From Tubiluchus corallicola (Eukaryota; Animalia; Priapulida), in the NCBI GenBank assembly GCA_030141605.1, contig JAQGDQ010000028.1, forward strand, positions 868,001-932,000: 64,000 nucleotides of DNA, read 5' to 3'. Both the position numbers and the translations under genes were made by a program. Every line of letters begins with the position of its first letter. The first letter of the stretch is position 1. Positions 20,524 through 33,797 of this stretch are shown here, piece by piece. Below the pieces are notes generated by a model. That model did no database searches and was not told the DNA's origin. It saw nothing but the letters and a program-made list of their open reading frames with translations.

Positions 20524-23469
20524 ACACTAATTATATAGCTAGCTGGCTGACCAGCAAAATCATGGAGTGACTGTAATTGGCCGACCCCACTGCGCTGTAG
20601 TTGCAGTAGCATGGATAGCAACAAAACGAAGAATAAAATTACTATGCGAAAATGTCTTTTTTCTTTAGTTTTAATAAGATTTGCAAACAATACTATGTAG
20701 CACCAACAAAATTGCAGATACTACATACATCCTGTTGATGTTTTGAATAAGTCTTAAGACGTTGCACGTCATGTAGTAGGTAACCTTGGCCAGCATCACA
20801 AGGAGCGCTATTGACCAGAGACATCCGGCGCGACTGCAAATTTACCTGATTTTGCATAATAGACGAGCTTTCCTGCGTCTTCTAGGGGAAATGACAGGTC
20901 CTGGGTTTACAGTAGGATGCGCAAATAGAGAACCATGGTTGTCCAACAATAATTAACTATTCCAAGGTAATCTATCCTTTCACAAAGGTATACACTCTCA
21001 GCGTTACTAAATAAATTATTGTAATACAGAACTGACTATTGCCCTTTATTTAACAAGGAACAAGTTTAAGTGGAAATTGTAGCAAGAAAAATTCGAAAAT
21101 TTGCGTATAATCTATAATAGTCGTAGTTTGTGATAGTCATATGAGGTGAATGAGGTCGATAGTCATGTGAACAGGCTTACGAAAACCTCTGAGAAGCTGA
21201 AACTGACGAAGACCATAGTTCTGGCCACCTGCCACATTGTTTAAGTTCACAAGTTAAGATGTTCTTTATCACGTTAATTATAAACTACAACATTATTGTG
21301 GTTATTAATTACAAAAAATGGCCTAGATCCCGGTTTCCTAGATTGGACAGTTCTTTGTAAGTAACGTTTAATATATTATCTTTGTAAAAGGGTCTGTGAA
21401 TGGTCTGGGAGAGAGAGGGGGAGAGGGAGAGAGAGGGGGGAAGGGAGAAGAGAGTCCCGCTTTAATATTTGCAGCACAAAGGCAAATTGTATCTCTGCTC
21501 ATCATAGCCTAATACTGTAATACACGTTTTTATTAGAAATTGAGAACGCATTATTAAATGTAATAAAAGCCCAACGAACGATTGACTTTAACGTGTATTG
21601 TGTAACGCAACAAAGGCGTTACAAAATTGCTATAATATGATGGGCTCTTAATACCTGTTTCTCCCTTCATATCGCTCAATCATAGCTCAATCAAAACTTG
21701 TATCAGAGAGACCGCTTTCTATTAAAGCAATTATTGAAATCGAACGTACAAACAAGAAGAAAGAAAAGAAAGGAAAAGACATCTTAGATCGCACGCTGGA
21801 ACTGTTCGAAACAGTACTCTAGCGCATTAAACGAAAGATCCCGCTGCAAAATTAGCTTAATCACTATATGCGAAGCGTCTGTTTTGATAGAAAGTCATTG
21901 CAGTTGACGCTACTTTTGATGACAGTAATTACAGTTATTGGTGTGACACATGAGGGCTACGCATTTTTTCGCAATTCTTGTTTTTCGCGAGCCAATTAAA
22001 CAAATCTTCAATCCTCCCAGAAATCTGAATTTTGAAAACTGTTTCAAAGTGACACTGTGACCAGCTTTGTATTGTGCTCCTATTTTATAGATTTTACAGG
22101 CATTGTGAGAGCACGCACACTTACATAGATTACTGCGTAATTACGTAGTAAAATACACATATATATATATATATCTATATATCAGGACATGTATGGTCGT
22201 ATATATGTACACAATAACAATCACAATAACTAGGTCTTGTTACGCACAACTGACACAAGTGTCAACATATAACCAAAAATATTTTAATATCAGTAAAAAC
22301 AGTGAAACAAACGTTTTGGACCGACAAGAGTTTTCAACATTTAAAAATGTCATGATGGTGGTGCAGTGTGTTAAGTATGCTTTACTTTGTATATTACAAG
22401 ATCATTATGTAGCTTAAATTCACATGCATAACAGCAACCAGTCATTAATATCATGCATTTGTTCCCTTTTCGACAAAATATTAATCTCATGTTGTACAAA
22501 AGTCGTCGTCGTCGTCGTCGTCGCTGTTGTTGTTGCCGTCACCATTTGGGGATGGCGTCTCCCATTAACAATGAGTATTACGACGTTACTGGAATATAAT
22601 ACTGTACATATAGTTGAAATAATAATAATTATTAAATCTTTTAAGGAATAATTATTGTGTCAAACACTAAATACGCAGGTGTTAGAATTTACAGCTCTCC
22701 AACCCCTTATGCTTCACCTGGCGTCAGGTAGGGCAGCCCAAAAACTGAATCTCCAAGTTACGCAAACCGCTTTAATCCTTATAAATGCATGCATGACTGT
22801 AATCATATTTAAACTAGATTGGTAAGTGGCTTTTCGTATAGGGGCTTTGTGCACATGATAGCAAACAATATCTTTAATTATATTTTAAATGTTTTCCCAT
22901 TAAATCTCCAATGTTTTCGGACATCATTCGTAGCCAGCATACTTGATTAAGTCCGTTTAATTTTGTTCATCTTAGATCTGCCATTTGCACCTGTTAACTT
23001 GCATCTGATCAGATCATCTGTAAAGTGCTTGTGGAGTGTAATCATTGCAAGCTCCTGATAAGCCAAAAGCCAAATTATTGTCGCAGAAACGTGGAAAACA
23101 GTGCTATTATGAAGAAAAGATAACAGAGTGTCTCTCTAACTATTGTGTTCAACGCACAAAATGTGCCGGTGTCCATAATAAAAGAAAATTAATTACGTTT
23201 TTTTTAATATCAGCCATATCTAAGTTATAGTTTCTAATTTTAATCTCTGTGATACTGTACTAATAATCGAGACGCATTTATTACAAGCTTTAGGCTTTAC
23301 TGGCTTAATGAAGGTGAAACCCGCCTACCATGTTTTTGTTACGAAGAAATTCGTCAAATTTTGCATTATATTCTAACTAATTGGTGCAAATATACTTGTA
23401 AATTATTACTAGTCAATATTTATGAACTGCAGTGTTATACAAATACATAAAAATATGTATATATGCGGG

Positions 23470-23720
23470 TGGTAATAAAAATGCCACAAATTGTGTTTTT
23501 TATTTAGTTAAAGTTGAAGGTAAGATTTAAAATTTTTATTTATTTTAAATCATCGCATAAAACCATTTTCACGTGTTACAATCGTGACGTTAAGCATGTA
23601 CAATTTGTACATACATATCCCGTAAAAATCCGCGATAAATGTTAACCCAGTAGAATTCTAAGTAAGGTTGATGATGGCGATGATGATAACGACAACGACA
23701 ACGGCGATGGTAAATATGAT
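23470..23720. repeat. Dispersed ~250-bp repeat, copy 1 (copy 2 at ~25630-25890)
   Basis: Shared aaaaatccgc...cagtagaattctaag.aaggttga.gatggcgatga and upstream AT-rich blocks. Confidence 0.7.
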
Positions 23721-25629
23721 GATAATATTGCCATAGACACAATCAGTATAAATTACAATGTGACATTGTATTGGAAAAAGGACAGGAACAAAAGTTGCAA
23801 AACATCTTCTACTCAGAAATATCAACAATCAATCAATATAATTTTTATGAAGGTGCAAAACAATTAAAATAAAATGTTTATTTCCATATACCCGCCACAT
23901 ATTCAAAACGCTGTGCATGAGTTGTCGAATGCCAAACCTTTTTTAAAGGCAGCTAGTATTTGGTATCTTATGCATGAGAAATCACGAAGTAAAAACGTTA
24001 CGGACGCTCGAAGTTACATTAATCCAAGAGGGAAACCGACATATGGGGTCGGTTAAAAATAATGGTTGGTATCCCCAAACACAAGAGACATATGTCACAT
24101 ACCCACAGTAGATTAAATTTGCGCTTTGTTTGAATTTTAACGCCCACTTTCCCAAGCGGGGTCGATACTCTGTCAATAATGGCTCCAAATTGGGCAGCCA
24201 CCGTGTTTTGATCTTTTTTTTAGCGATTAGCTTCGATAAGAAACGAAAGGATAGGTAGACAGATGGGAATTGCTGTATAGCGACCCTTTTTGTTTTCGTG
24301 AAATTAAATTAGTTGTTGATTTCTAAAAAAGTTCAGATTTTTAATGGTTAGTGAATGACACAATCCCGGAAATTTTAATCTAAACAGCTCTATTTGTAAT
24401 AAAGTAAGGTACGTCAGGAAGTCAGTGCCCTTCTCCGTGTAGAAGAAACCGGAAAGAAAAGAAAAAACCGACACAGCATTTAATTTTAAGTAAAGAACAC
24501 TTATTTTAATAGCTAGTACTGCAACTTTTTTAATTGTGAGGACCATAAATAGACCCGAGTGTGTGATTTATGCAGGTTTCTTAATGAGAATGAAATCTTG
24601 ACATTCATTTCTTCAAGAATTTCGATGATTTTTGATTTCAGATAGTAAACAGTAAGTAGTGGAATTTAAAAAAGAACAGATTTAATAAGAAACGTTGCAA
24701 TGATTAAAATATTGAAAAATACATTTATGTCTATATGCGATTACTTCTAAGTATAACAGGTCTATCATTTTCTGATAATTTTCAGGCACGCTGTACGTGG
24801 AATGCATAACTTGACATAAGAAAGTTTTTCAAATCTGAAGTGATGGGGGTAGGGGCCCACAAGCAGTAATTTTTAATGTCATTGTTATGATATCTTTATT
24901 TTGCGTGAGAGTTACTCAAGTGAACAATAGTAGAACATTTCAGTGTCCAATATGCAATAAAATGTATCGATTGATAGTTTCGTTATCAATGGATTTATAA
25001 AGTTGAGTGCTAACTCAGATGAGTATATTGCATTTTGACCGTTGAGCGATTAAAATGACAAAGCTATCTGCGTAGATGCACTAGAGATTTAGATTTAGGT
25101 TTAAATTGCTGATGAATGTGGCTCTTCTGTCAATCGCAATCTTACCTCATGTTGACAACATGTTCACGTGACTAAACGAAACATGATCACGTGACTACCC
25201 GGCGGCTGAATTAACGTCCATCGTGAATATTCCCTGGAATAAAGCCACGTCGTGGGCCCTATATGTATGCTGTCATTAAACAGGAATCGTAATGAACCTG
25301 AGTAATGCGGGTAACACAAAGGGAGAGCCTCGAAGAAAAGAATTTACGGCATCAGTCTAACTGCGCCATTCTCTCTTGTGGTTCACTAGCCCGCATGAGG
25401 AAGATTCACTGTTTGTCATTGTACTTGTAAGATAAGGAAAAGCGGCAAAAGTTCAACTGAATATCTACGTATTATCATAAATTTATAGCTCTTTTTCTGT
25501 AGTCTAGGTCAAAATTAAGTATTTATAACAAACCAGCTACTTTTAGATGCACACGGTGCTCAGGCTAGTGTACTTATCTGTTAAATTAAGAGAAAAACGA
25601 ATTTTTGTCTCTAAAGGGGTATGGGCAGT

Positions 25630-26237
25630 AATTACGATACCATAAATTGTCTTTTTTTATTTTTTTAAGATTAAGGTTAAAAAAGTTTAAAAGATTTATT
25701 TATTATAAATTGTCGTTATAAATATTATTGCAATTTTACGTGTTGCAACTATCACATTAAATATGTATATTTGCGTTCAAAAATCCGCTCAAATTATAAC
25801 ACAGTAGAATTCTAAGCAAGGTTGACGATGGCGATGACCGTTGCAATAACGACGATGATAATGGTGGTTTTGGTGATGATAATGACGACGGTATGATGAT
25901 TGTAAAACGACGGTTTACGCCCAGCTTGTAAAATTATATGATTGAAAAATACATTCGAAAAAATGTTATTATGACTGCATGTTTTCACTTGCAGTCAATA
26001 TAATATATTATAATTGATAAAAATGATAACTGATATAGTTGATGATAATGATGGTGAATGTCATGCAGTTTGATGATGATGATGATAATGATGATGATGA
26101 TGATGATGATGATGATTGCATTACATGCCCAATTTCTAAAACTATATTATTTATAAATGTATTCGAAAAAGATGTTATATTGACTGCATGCTTTTACTTG
26201 CAGTCTATGTAATGATTTATAAATGATGAAAATTAAC
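25630..26237. repeat. Dispersed repeat copy 2 plus ~110-bp direct duplication (25917-26030 and 26125-26237) separated by (GAT)n
   Basis: gccc..tt.taaaa.tatat...attcgaaaaa.atgttat..tgactgcatg.ttt.acttgcagtc occurs twice. Confidence 0.7.
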
Positions 26238-29200
26238 GGCGTTTCTTGTTTTTCTACGCGAAATTATCAGAAAAGATGTGCACCTTTAACCAGTCCTCCT
26301 CAAATCCCCAACGTTGAAATCGAACAGCGGTGTTGAAAAATGCAAAATATGGCTATAATTTGGACAGCATCCTATTTACGAGAAGCGGGCATATATAGCT
26401 GTACACTGCCACAATTTTTGCGCGAGAAAACATCATTTTACAAATTGCACAATGTCCTGGATGTGAGCGATTATCTCGCATTGTTAGGACGTGTGGCAAT
26501 AGCGGAAATCAACTGAACCGTTTTTGGGCGCCAAACGCCGTTCAATAGAAAATTCAGTTATAAAAGCCACGGAGTTAATTTCTGGCAAGGGGTCTGATAT
26601 GGGTGATGAAGAAGTACAGTGGTTATATAGGTTTAATCATTTACACCAGGATACGCTTGCTATTTACATAATGCAGGATATGCCTATATTTTGAAAAAGT
26701 GGAACTGAACGCGTGTCGCAATCATTGTGCATTGAACGCTGCATTTACATTGTATAAAACTAACAAGCTTTGCTTTTGATAATTTATATTTAATATTATT
26801 TGAATCACTTCCGATTTCAGAACTAGGGATCGATTGCATGGACTATGCCCAAACCCCTTAAATACATGGGAATTTGACAAAGAATTTATATGATCGCAAA
26901 TAAGAAGCAGAATAGCTTTAGTAGAAAATGATTGAATGATTTTATTAATCGCCATTGAATCACCACCCACAAAAAACTGTAACGATATAAGCTGGAGTCA
27001 TGGGAATTTGGATGGTATTACGAGCGAGTGAGAAACATTTTGAAACCAGCATAGCAGAAATCGAGTCAATGCATACTTTATAAACGTACCGAAGTAATTA
27101 AAAAAATGATGTTATTATGATACATCAGCACGTTGGATAATAGGCTCAGTTTCGTAAAAGTCATAAAACTCACAAAAGTCATTAAAGTCTATTAACGAGT
27201 CTATTATTTATCATTAAATTTAGGTTTAAACTTAAACTTAATATCAGCATTATGCAGGATGTTAAAAAACAGTGCTCTAACAAATGTTTAAGCGCATCAA
27301 TGTCAGACCATATAAAGCTTAGTAAGTGTAGTCAAGCCAAGTTATAATATGGTACATAGGATAATTGAAATAATGACGTAAAAATATAATAATATTATTT
27401 TTACGTCATTATGATATTATGATGCAGAAGTATAGTTCATTTTGTCTGTGAAATTATCATATATGTTTTATTTCAATTGCAGTAAATCTTTTGGAACACC
27501 CTGTATTGACCACATTATAAAATGTATAATTGTTCAATTAACTTACAGAGTTTTCACAATAGGTAGTAAGTTCAATAAACTATCTAATAACAAGGCTTTG
27601 GAAACAGACATGGACAAAGTCTTATTATCATAAAAGACCTGCCTCTATCACACTGATCCAGCTTCCTGCTTTGAAGTCGTCGCTGATGATGACAGCCCCT
27701 ACCTGTGCATACGTCACATTAATTATCATTTGGTGCACAGCGATTGTGAAAGCTCTTCAGCGAGGACTTGACCTTGATGACGTGATGCTGAGACGATAAC
27801 GCACGTGTCTCTTAGTTCAGGTAAACAAAGAAGAATTCAATCCAGACAAGTAGAAATTTATGTTCGCAAAGTCTTTGTTCACTTATATTCATTTTACATT
27901 TAATAAGCGGTCACTTGCCTATTTTGTTCAAGGAATGAGGATAGCTAAAATCGCAGCAACAATTATATTTACAGCGTCAATAAATGTCAGCAATATGCAG
28001 CTTGAACTACAGCTGTATCAAATGCAACATTGTTTTCTGCGTGGTCTTTTCATGTTAATGTCTGTACTTCTATTTCTCCTTGCCTGTATCAAGGCTTATT
28101 CCCTCTCTTATAAAACAGATCACCTTTTTTCGCTTCCTTATGTCATAAGTATAAGGGTTTAATTTCTGAAACAAAGATTATAAATAGTAAGTAAAAAACA
28201 TATAGATCACTGTTGCAATTATACCTGTACGTGAATTGTACACAATGTGAGCAGTTTAGTTACTCAAATCTGAATAATGTGACAATCCAACATGAAATAT
28301 ATAATAAGATACTAATACTGAAGACAACTTTCTAAGGAACCTAGGTTGAGAAACAACTGCCGAGAAACAAGCACGACGATAACATAGGCCACGACTGTAA
28401 CAAAATTACTGAAACATCATATCAATTTCTTCTCAAAGATTTTATTTTACAAAGCTCCATCCACGTTATGACTAAAATGTTAGTTAAATTACCTGTGTTG
28501 CTGCGAAAGTCGACACATTAGGCCTACAAATAACTGAAAGATGCTTTATTTTTTACTGATTTAAACGCTCTTTATTGGAAATTATTCTGTAATTTATTGA
28601 CCTCAGGTGAGTATGATTTTAATTTCTTTACTCAGCCACTTGTCTGTGTAATTACTAGTGATCTTTTCCCTGCGAGATAAGGTAGACGCTAACCTCTGAT
28701 CGCTGTGACATCACTGACGTGTAATGAGCGTGTCCTCCGTAACACCTGTCGTTTGTTTATCAGTTTTAATGTAAGACAGGAGTAAATAACGTTAAATATA
28801 TAGACGATTTTGTACTAGTATGTAGACCAGGGAGTTCATAGACATTAGGATCATTTAATGCTTCAGGGACACGTGACAATAACAAATAACAATAATAATG
28901 CTTGAAAACGTTATATGTAGTAAAAGCTGTGCTGTTATGAAAATTTGCTAATGGTAAATTTTGAAAGTTAATCCTCTGTTCTTGAAAACTGACTGACTCT
29001 TCGTTTTGGATCTGCCTTAATGACGCGTGCTTAAGATCACTGGTAAACTGTTACTGATGAATTTCGTTATCTGTTGTAATAAATCTAAGACCTTTTGTGA
29101 TAACGATTCATAAAAATATTTCTAGATTTAATATCAATTTAATGAAGTTATTGTGCGGTCTTCTAAAATGTCTTGTAAAGCCATGGGAAATGTCTAGAAA

Positions 29201-29276
29201 GATAAAATTAAAGCTAAATTGTAAAAAAAATTATTTGCAAATTAATTGACAGTTATTTAAGTGCACATTATTTAGT

Positions 29277-29383
<107 letters not shown>

Positions 29384-30019
29384 TCGTAAATTTATGTTCA
29401 TTACGTGCAAAACTGTTATATAAAACTGTAATCTAGCCAGCTTCTGAGTGAGCCTGTGCCATTCAAGTTTACGTATTTATTTTATCCTTTTGGACCTTTT
29501 TACTTGTTAAACTTTTAGCGCATGCCTTGCCATGTTCCTAAACAAACTACTAGTTAAAAATACGAGTTGTCCTGTAGCGAGCCGCTCATAAATTACCTGC
29601 ACAAGATTTCGGCTCCTTTCATGCTGCGTCTCTCCCGTTCGCCGGCTCTGCCTTACAATAATATCTAGGCATGAATCTTGTTGTCTGATTGTCGCATCTT
29701 GCAGCGCTGTCCTCCTTTGAGGCATTCAGCTCTTTAAAAAGTTTTTGACAATGAATTCAAGACTATAGAGCACGAACTTATTTACTGCTTGTAGTAGTGC
29801 CAGTCTGCCAAGCATGTTTGTAAAGTTGTAGCAATAGTTGAACGTTCAACCACCGCAAACGTCTTCGTTCCTAATCGCTGCAGCCAAAAACTGCGACTAG
29901 CTGGCAGAATCCGTTATAATTTAGTTAATAACTTAATTAATCAGTGAAGTTACATTTAAACCTAACGGTGTCCATTACATCTATTTTGTATCTTGTACTC
30001 AGCGGCAGCGACGACGAAA

Positions 30020-30240
30020 TACATTGATGGCAATGACAATGACGACAACGATCACATAATGACAACATCGACAAGAACAAAAACGACGATAACAATAACA
30101 GAAATAGCAAGAAGAAGCAGAAGAAGAAGAAAGATAAAAACAACAACAGAATACAACAACAACGACAACAGTGACATTGACAACGACGACGACAACAACA
30201 ACAGCAACGCAGCAACAACAACAACAACAAATGGTGCAAC
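30020..30240. repeat. Degenerate (AAC/GAC/AAG)n trinucleotide tract
   Basis: Seen directly in sequence. Confidence 0.8.
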
Positions 30241-30822
30241 AAAAATAATAAAAGCAGTTTGTTAGAATCGTTTTTTTCGAACGATAAAAAATCAGATACT
30301 TCTCTTACTCGCAACTGCAATTAATCGATCACCATAATTTCTAATAGTATTTGACATTTTATACTTAGCGAATGCCTTTTACATGTTATAACCTAACAGA
30401 AAGACCTATTTAATCTTTCCGTCAAGTTCTACTGCACGGAGAAGCGACCACGCTTATAAATTGCGTGGTTCTAAATTTTGTGATTGATTGCTCAGTACAC
30501 AGTAGTTTGATACCCTGGAGCTACTGCGCAACGCACCGGTGGCTTTATCGCATTCCAGCGCGCGCCATACATGTTTACAATGCCTTCCGATCCACGTGCT
30601 GGTCTCGCGAATCATACCTTGAGTGACATGGCCCACAATGCGAGGGTTGGGCCTGGGCTGGCTTTATCCGGAGCGTTTGTGGGCGGTCCTCTCAGATACG
30701 TATGTGCAGGTATATTTAACCAACGGTCTTCGTCACTACTGGACTTTTGTCAATTGAGGCATACGAACGGCGCACGTATAATGTGTTTGAGCGTACTGGC
30801 GTAACCGTAACGAAGGAAGTAT

Positions 30823-30860
30823 TCAGCTGAGACTAAGTCCACCTGCACGTGTGAGTCAGG
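30823..30860 (+). promoter_or_regulatory. E-box cluster just 5' of the ASCL start codon
   Basis: CAGCTG at 30823, CACCTG at 30840, CACGTG at 30846 and TGAGTCA at 30852, all within 40 bp. Confidence 0.4.
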
Positions 30861-30922
30861 TTAAACGGTATAGCGTTTATTAGTGAAAGAGAAGACAAGT
30901 ACCGTGAGAGACTTGAAACAGA

Positions 30923-31645
30923 ATGATGTCAGTAAGTCCGCTAAAAGACGAAAACGGCAGCAAAGTGTTGACGGCAAAGACTGCTTCCGGCAAGAGAAAA
31001 GCAGACGACCAACAGGAACTGTTGAGGTGCAAAAGAAGAATAAACTTTCAGAGTTTAGGGTACAACATTCCGCAGCCAGCACCTCAATCGGTGGCCAGAC
31101 GCAACGAAAGGGAACGCAATCGTGTTAAATTAGTCAACACCGGTTTCGCTCAGCTAAGAGAACACGTTCCAAATGGAAGTAAGAATAAGAAGATGTCAAA
31201 AGTCGAAACATTGAAGTCAGCGATCGAGTACATTCGGGAACTGCAGAGGCTATTAGATGAGAATGAGGCAGCAGCGGCCTACGCGACGGTCACTCTCCGG
31301 ACACATTATAGTCCGGACTCCTACATCACTTCCTCACCACACAGCTACCCATCTCCTCAGAGCTATCACCAACCGTCACCAACATCATTTTATGATCCAA
31401 CATCACCGCAGTATACAGTTGCACCATCAACGCATTTTTATAAACAATTTAAATTAGATAGTCATCAACAGAATGAAAATGTTCATTATCAAGCAGGACA
31501 AATCGGCAGGTCTTCATATCATGGCGGTACAATGAGCACAGGTTCGCCCTCGCCCAGTTATATGTCTGACACGTCTACGGGTGATGGTCCAACCAGCCCC
31601 AAAGAAGAGGACGTGATGGAGTTTGCATCTTGGTTCGCAGCGTGA
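30923..31645 (+). CDS. ASCL: Achaete-scute family (ASCa / ASCL1-like) proneural bHLH transcription factor, 240 aa
   Basis: [11 protein letters not shown] motif, b[31 protein letters not shown]...[20 protein letters not shown], and the acidic C-terminal motif [11 protein letters not shown] typical of ASC proteins. Confidence 0.97.
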   Translation: MMSVSPLKDENGSKVLTAKTASGKRKADDQQELLRCKRRINFQSLGYNIPQPAPQSVARRNERERNRVKLVNTGFAQLREHVPNGSKNKKMSKVETLKSAIEYIRELQRLLDENEAAAAYATVTLRTHYSPDSYITSSPHSYPSPQSYHQPSPTSFYDPTSPQYTVAPSTHFYKQFKLDSHQQNENVHYQAGQIGRSSYHGGTMSTGSPSPSYMSDTSTGDGPTSPKEEDVMEFASWFAA

Positions 31646-33447
31646 GGTAAGAACAGCACATTTTCTTAGATTCTGCGTTTACATGCTTGCAGAGGCCGCA
31701 AAAATGATTTTTATACAGTTTTTGTTAATGAAATATTAAGGGAAACTAAAAAACATATTCCGGTGATAATAAGATAATATATTAGATTATGAGTTATTCT
31801 TGTAAAATAACACTGGAAATTTCGGAAAAGGCTTTGCATTATAAAAATACCTCACAAAGTAAAGTCGTATTGTCCGATTATTAGTTTGAAATTGTTTATG
31901 CATTTTGTGCAGCCAGTTTTTAGCGTCCTTCGGTTCATTGTGAGTGAACGATTTAATGCCTGGCCGTGCATTTGACTTTCGTATGTCAACGCAAAATGCA
32001 AACATTATAATATATACCAGTTATAACCTCGCCAACTCTTTATAAAGATTGGCTCAGACCAACTCTGATCCTATTTGCAAAGTTTTCATGGCTAGTTTAG
32101 GCGGCAAAAGTTTTCAGAAGTTTGCTCATTGTTGAACTTGCATTGCATTCCGTCGGCAAATCAGTTTGGTGTACTATCGCACAATGCCAGCCAGGTATTC
32201 AGAAAATAAAACAGCCTCTTGTGCGGGTTTGAATGGAAAGCTATTTCATATATTTTTAGCGTGAAAAATAAGCAGAGCGGTTTGGATTTATGGACTAGGA
32301 GGGGTGGTTCTATGGTGTCCGTTGACATATGCGCAGACTAACTGGTTTTTAACAACGCGGGAAAATTATGAAGTGCACTTTTTACTCCACTATAACATAA
32401 TAGATTTTTTTAAATAGAAGTCTATCCAAGTCTTACATATTGCGCTGGAAATGTATGCGTGAACCCGTTAAAACACTGTTCTATAAACTTGACTAGAGCC
32501 ATCTGAGTGAACTCTAAAACACTACGCGCAATAGAAAAAATTTATCTGCAAAATAATAACAGCCAATATGTTGATTTTTCACATTTCGCAAATCTATGGA
32601 GCATTTTTGGATCCGCATCTATAAAGCGCAATTCTGTACGTAAAATACCAGGATAAGGAACTGGCAATTTCGTGACGCAGTTCTTTTGAAAGTTTGCTCC
32701 ATTAAGTGGGAGTGTCGGAGGCCATTGGGGCACCTTCCGTTAGAGGAAAATTGACTTGGTTGACCATCGCGTTGTTGGCGGGTCAGTTAACGTTTTGGCT
32801 TTAAATTGGTTTGTGGTTTTGAGTAGGATTTCGCTAGCGTGAATTGCATTGTGCTTTTTAAGAAGGAATACATTTATAAAAATCAGTTTTACGAGATCAG
32901 TAATAGGCAAAACTGAAAAAGAAATTTTAGCTACACGAGATTCGTTTCGTATTTTTTTGTTTCAGTATTATGCAAAAATGAAAAATGAGCGAGCCAAATT
33001 TAATAGCGGCAAAAATGTTAGAAGTTACTGGAATAGTTAAGAAGACTTCATTATTTTTACCAAACTCTTTGTGATTCTGTAACTATTATACTTCTAAACA
33101 TATTTAATATATAAGTTTTGGCATTTTTTCTAAATAATTCGCCAAGTTGGCCATTGTCATCACAAAAGCAAACACTTTTTTAACGGTATAATCATTCTGA
33201 AATTGAAGGTTGGAGTAAAAAAATAAATAATGGGAATTTATGTTGACCGTTATGGGCAAATCAAGTTTAAAGAGCAAAAAGCAGAGAAGTAAGTGGAAAA
33301 AAAATCATCGAAGAACGCAGACACTTATGAAATTATGAAACGCCTTGGAAAATAAATTAAAAAAGTATGCGTGAAAAATATAATAAGAAAAAAATGAACA
33401 CACTTCCATTCCTAGATGCTAGATCAGTAATTAAGGTCCAACACCAG

Positions 33448-33797
33448 GAATGAATGAGCGAATGAGTGAAAGAACGAATGAATGAATAAATAAATGCATG
33501 AATAAATGAATGAAAGATGGATGAATGAATGAACGAATGAACGAACGAACGAGTGAATGAATAAATGAATGAATGACTGAATGACTGACTGAATGAATGA
33601 ATGAATGAATGAAGGCATGAATGGATGAATGAATGAATGGATGGATGAATAAATGAATAAATGAATGAATGACTGAATGACTGACTGAATGAATGAATGA
33701 ATGAATGAATGAATGAATGAATGAATGAATGAATGAATGAATGAATGAATGAATGAATGAATGAATGAATGAATGAATGAATGAATGAATGAATGAA
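33448..33797. repeat. (AATG)n microsatellite
   Basis: Seen directly in sequence. Confidence 0.95.
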
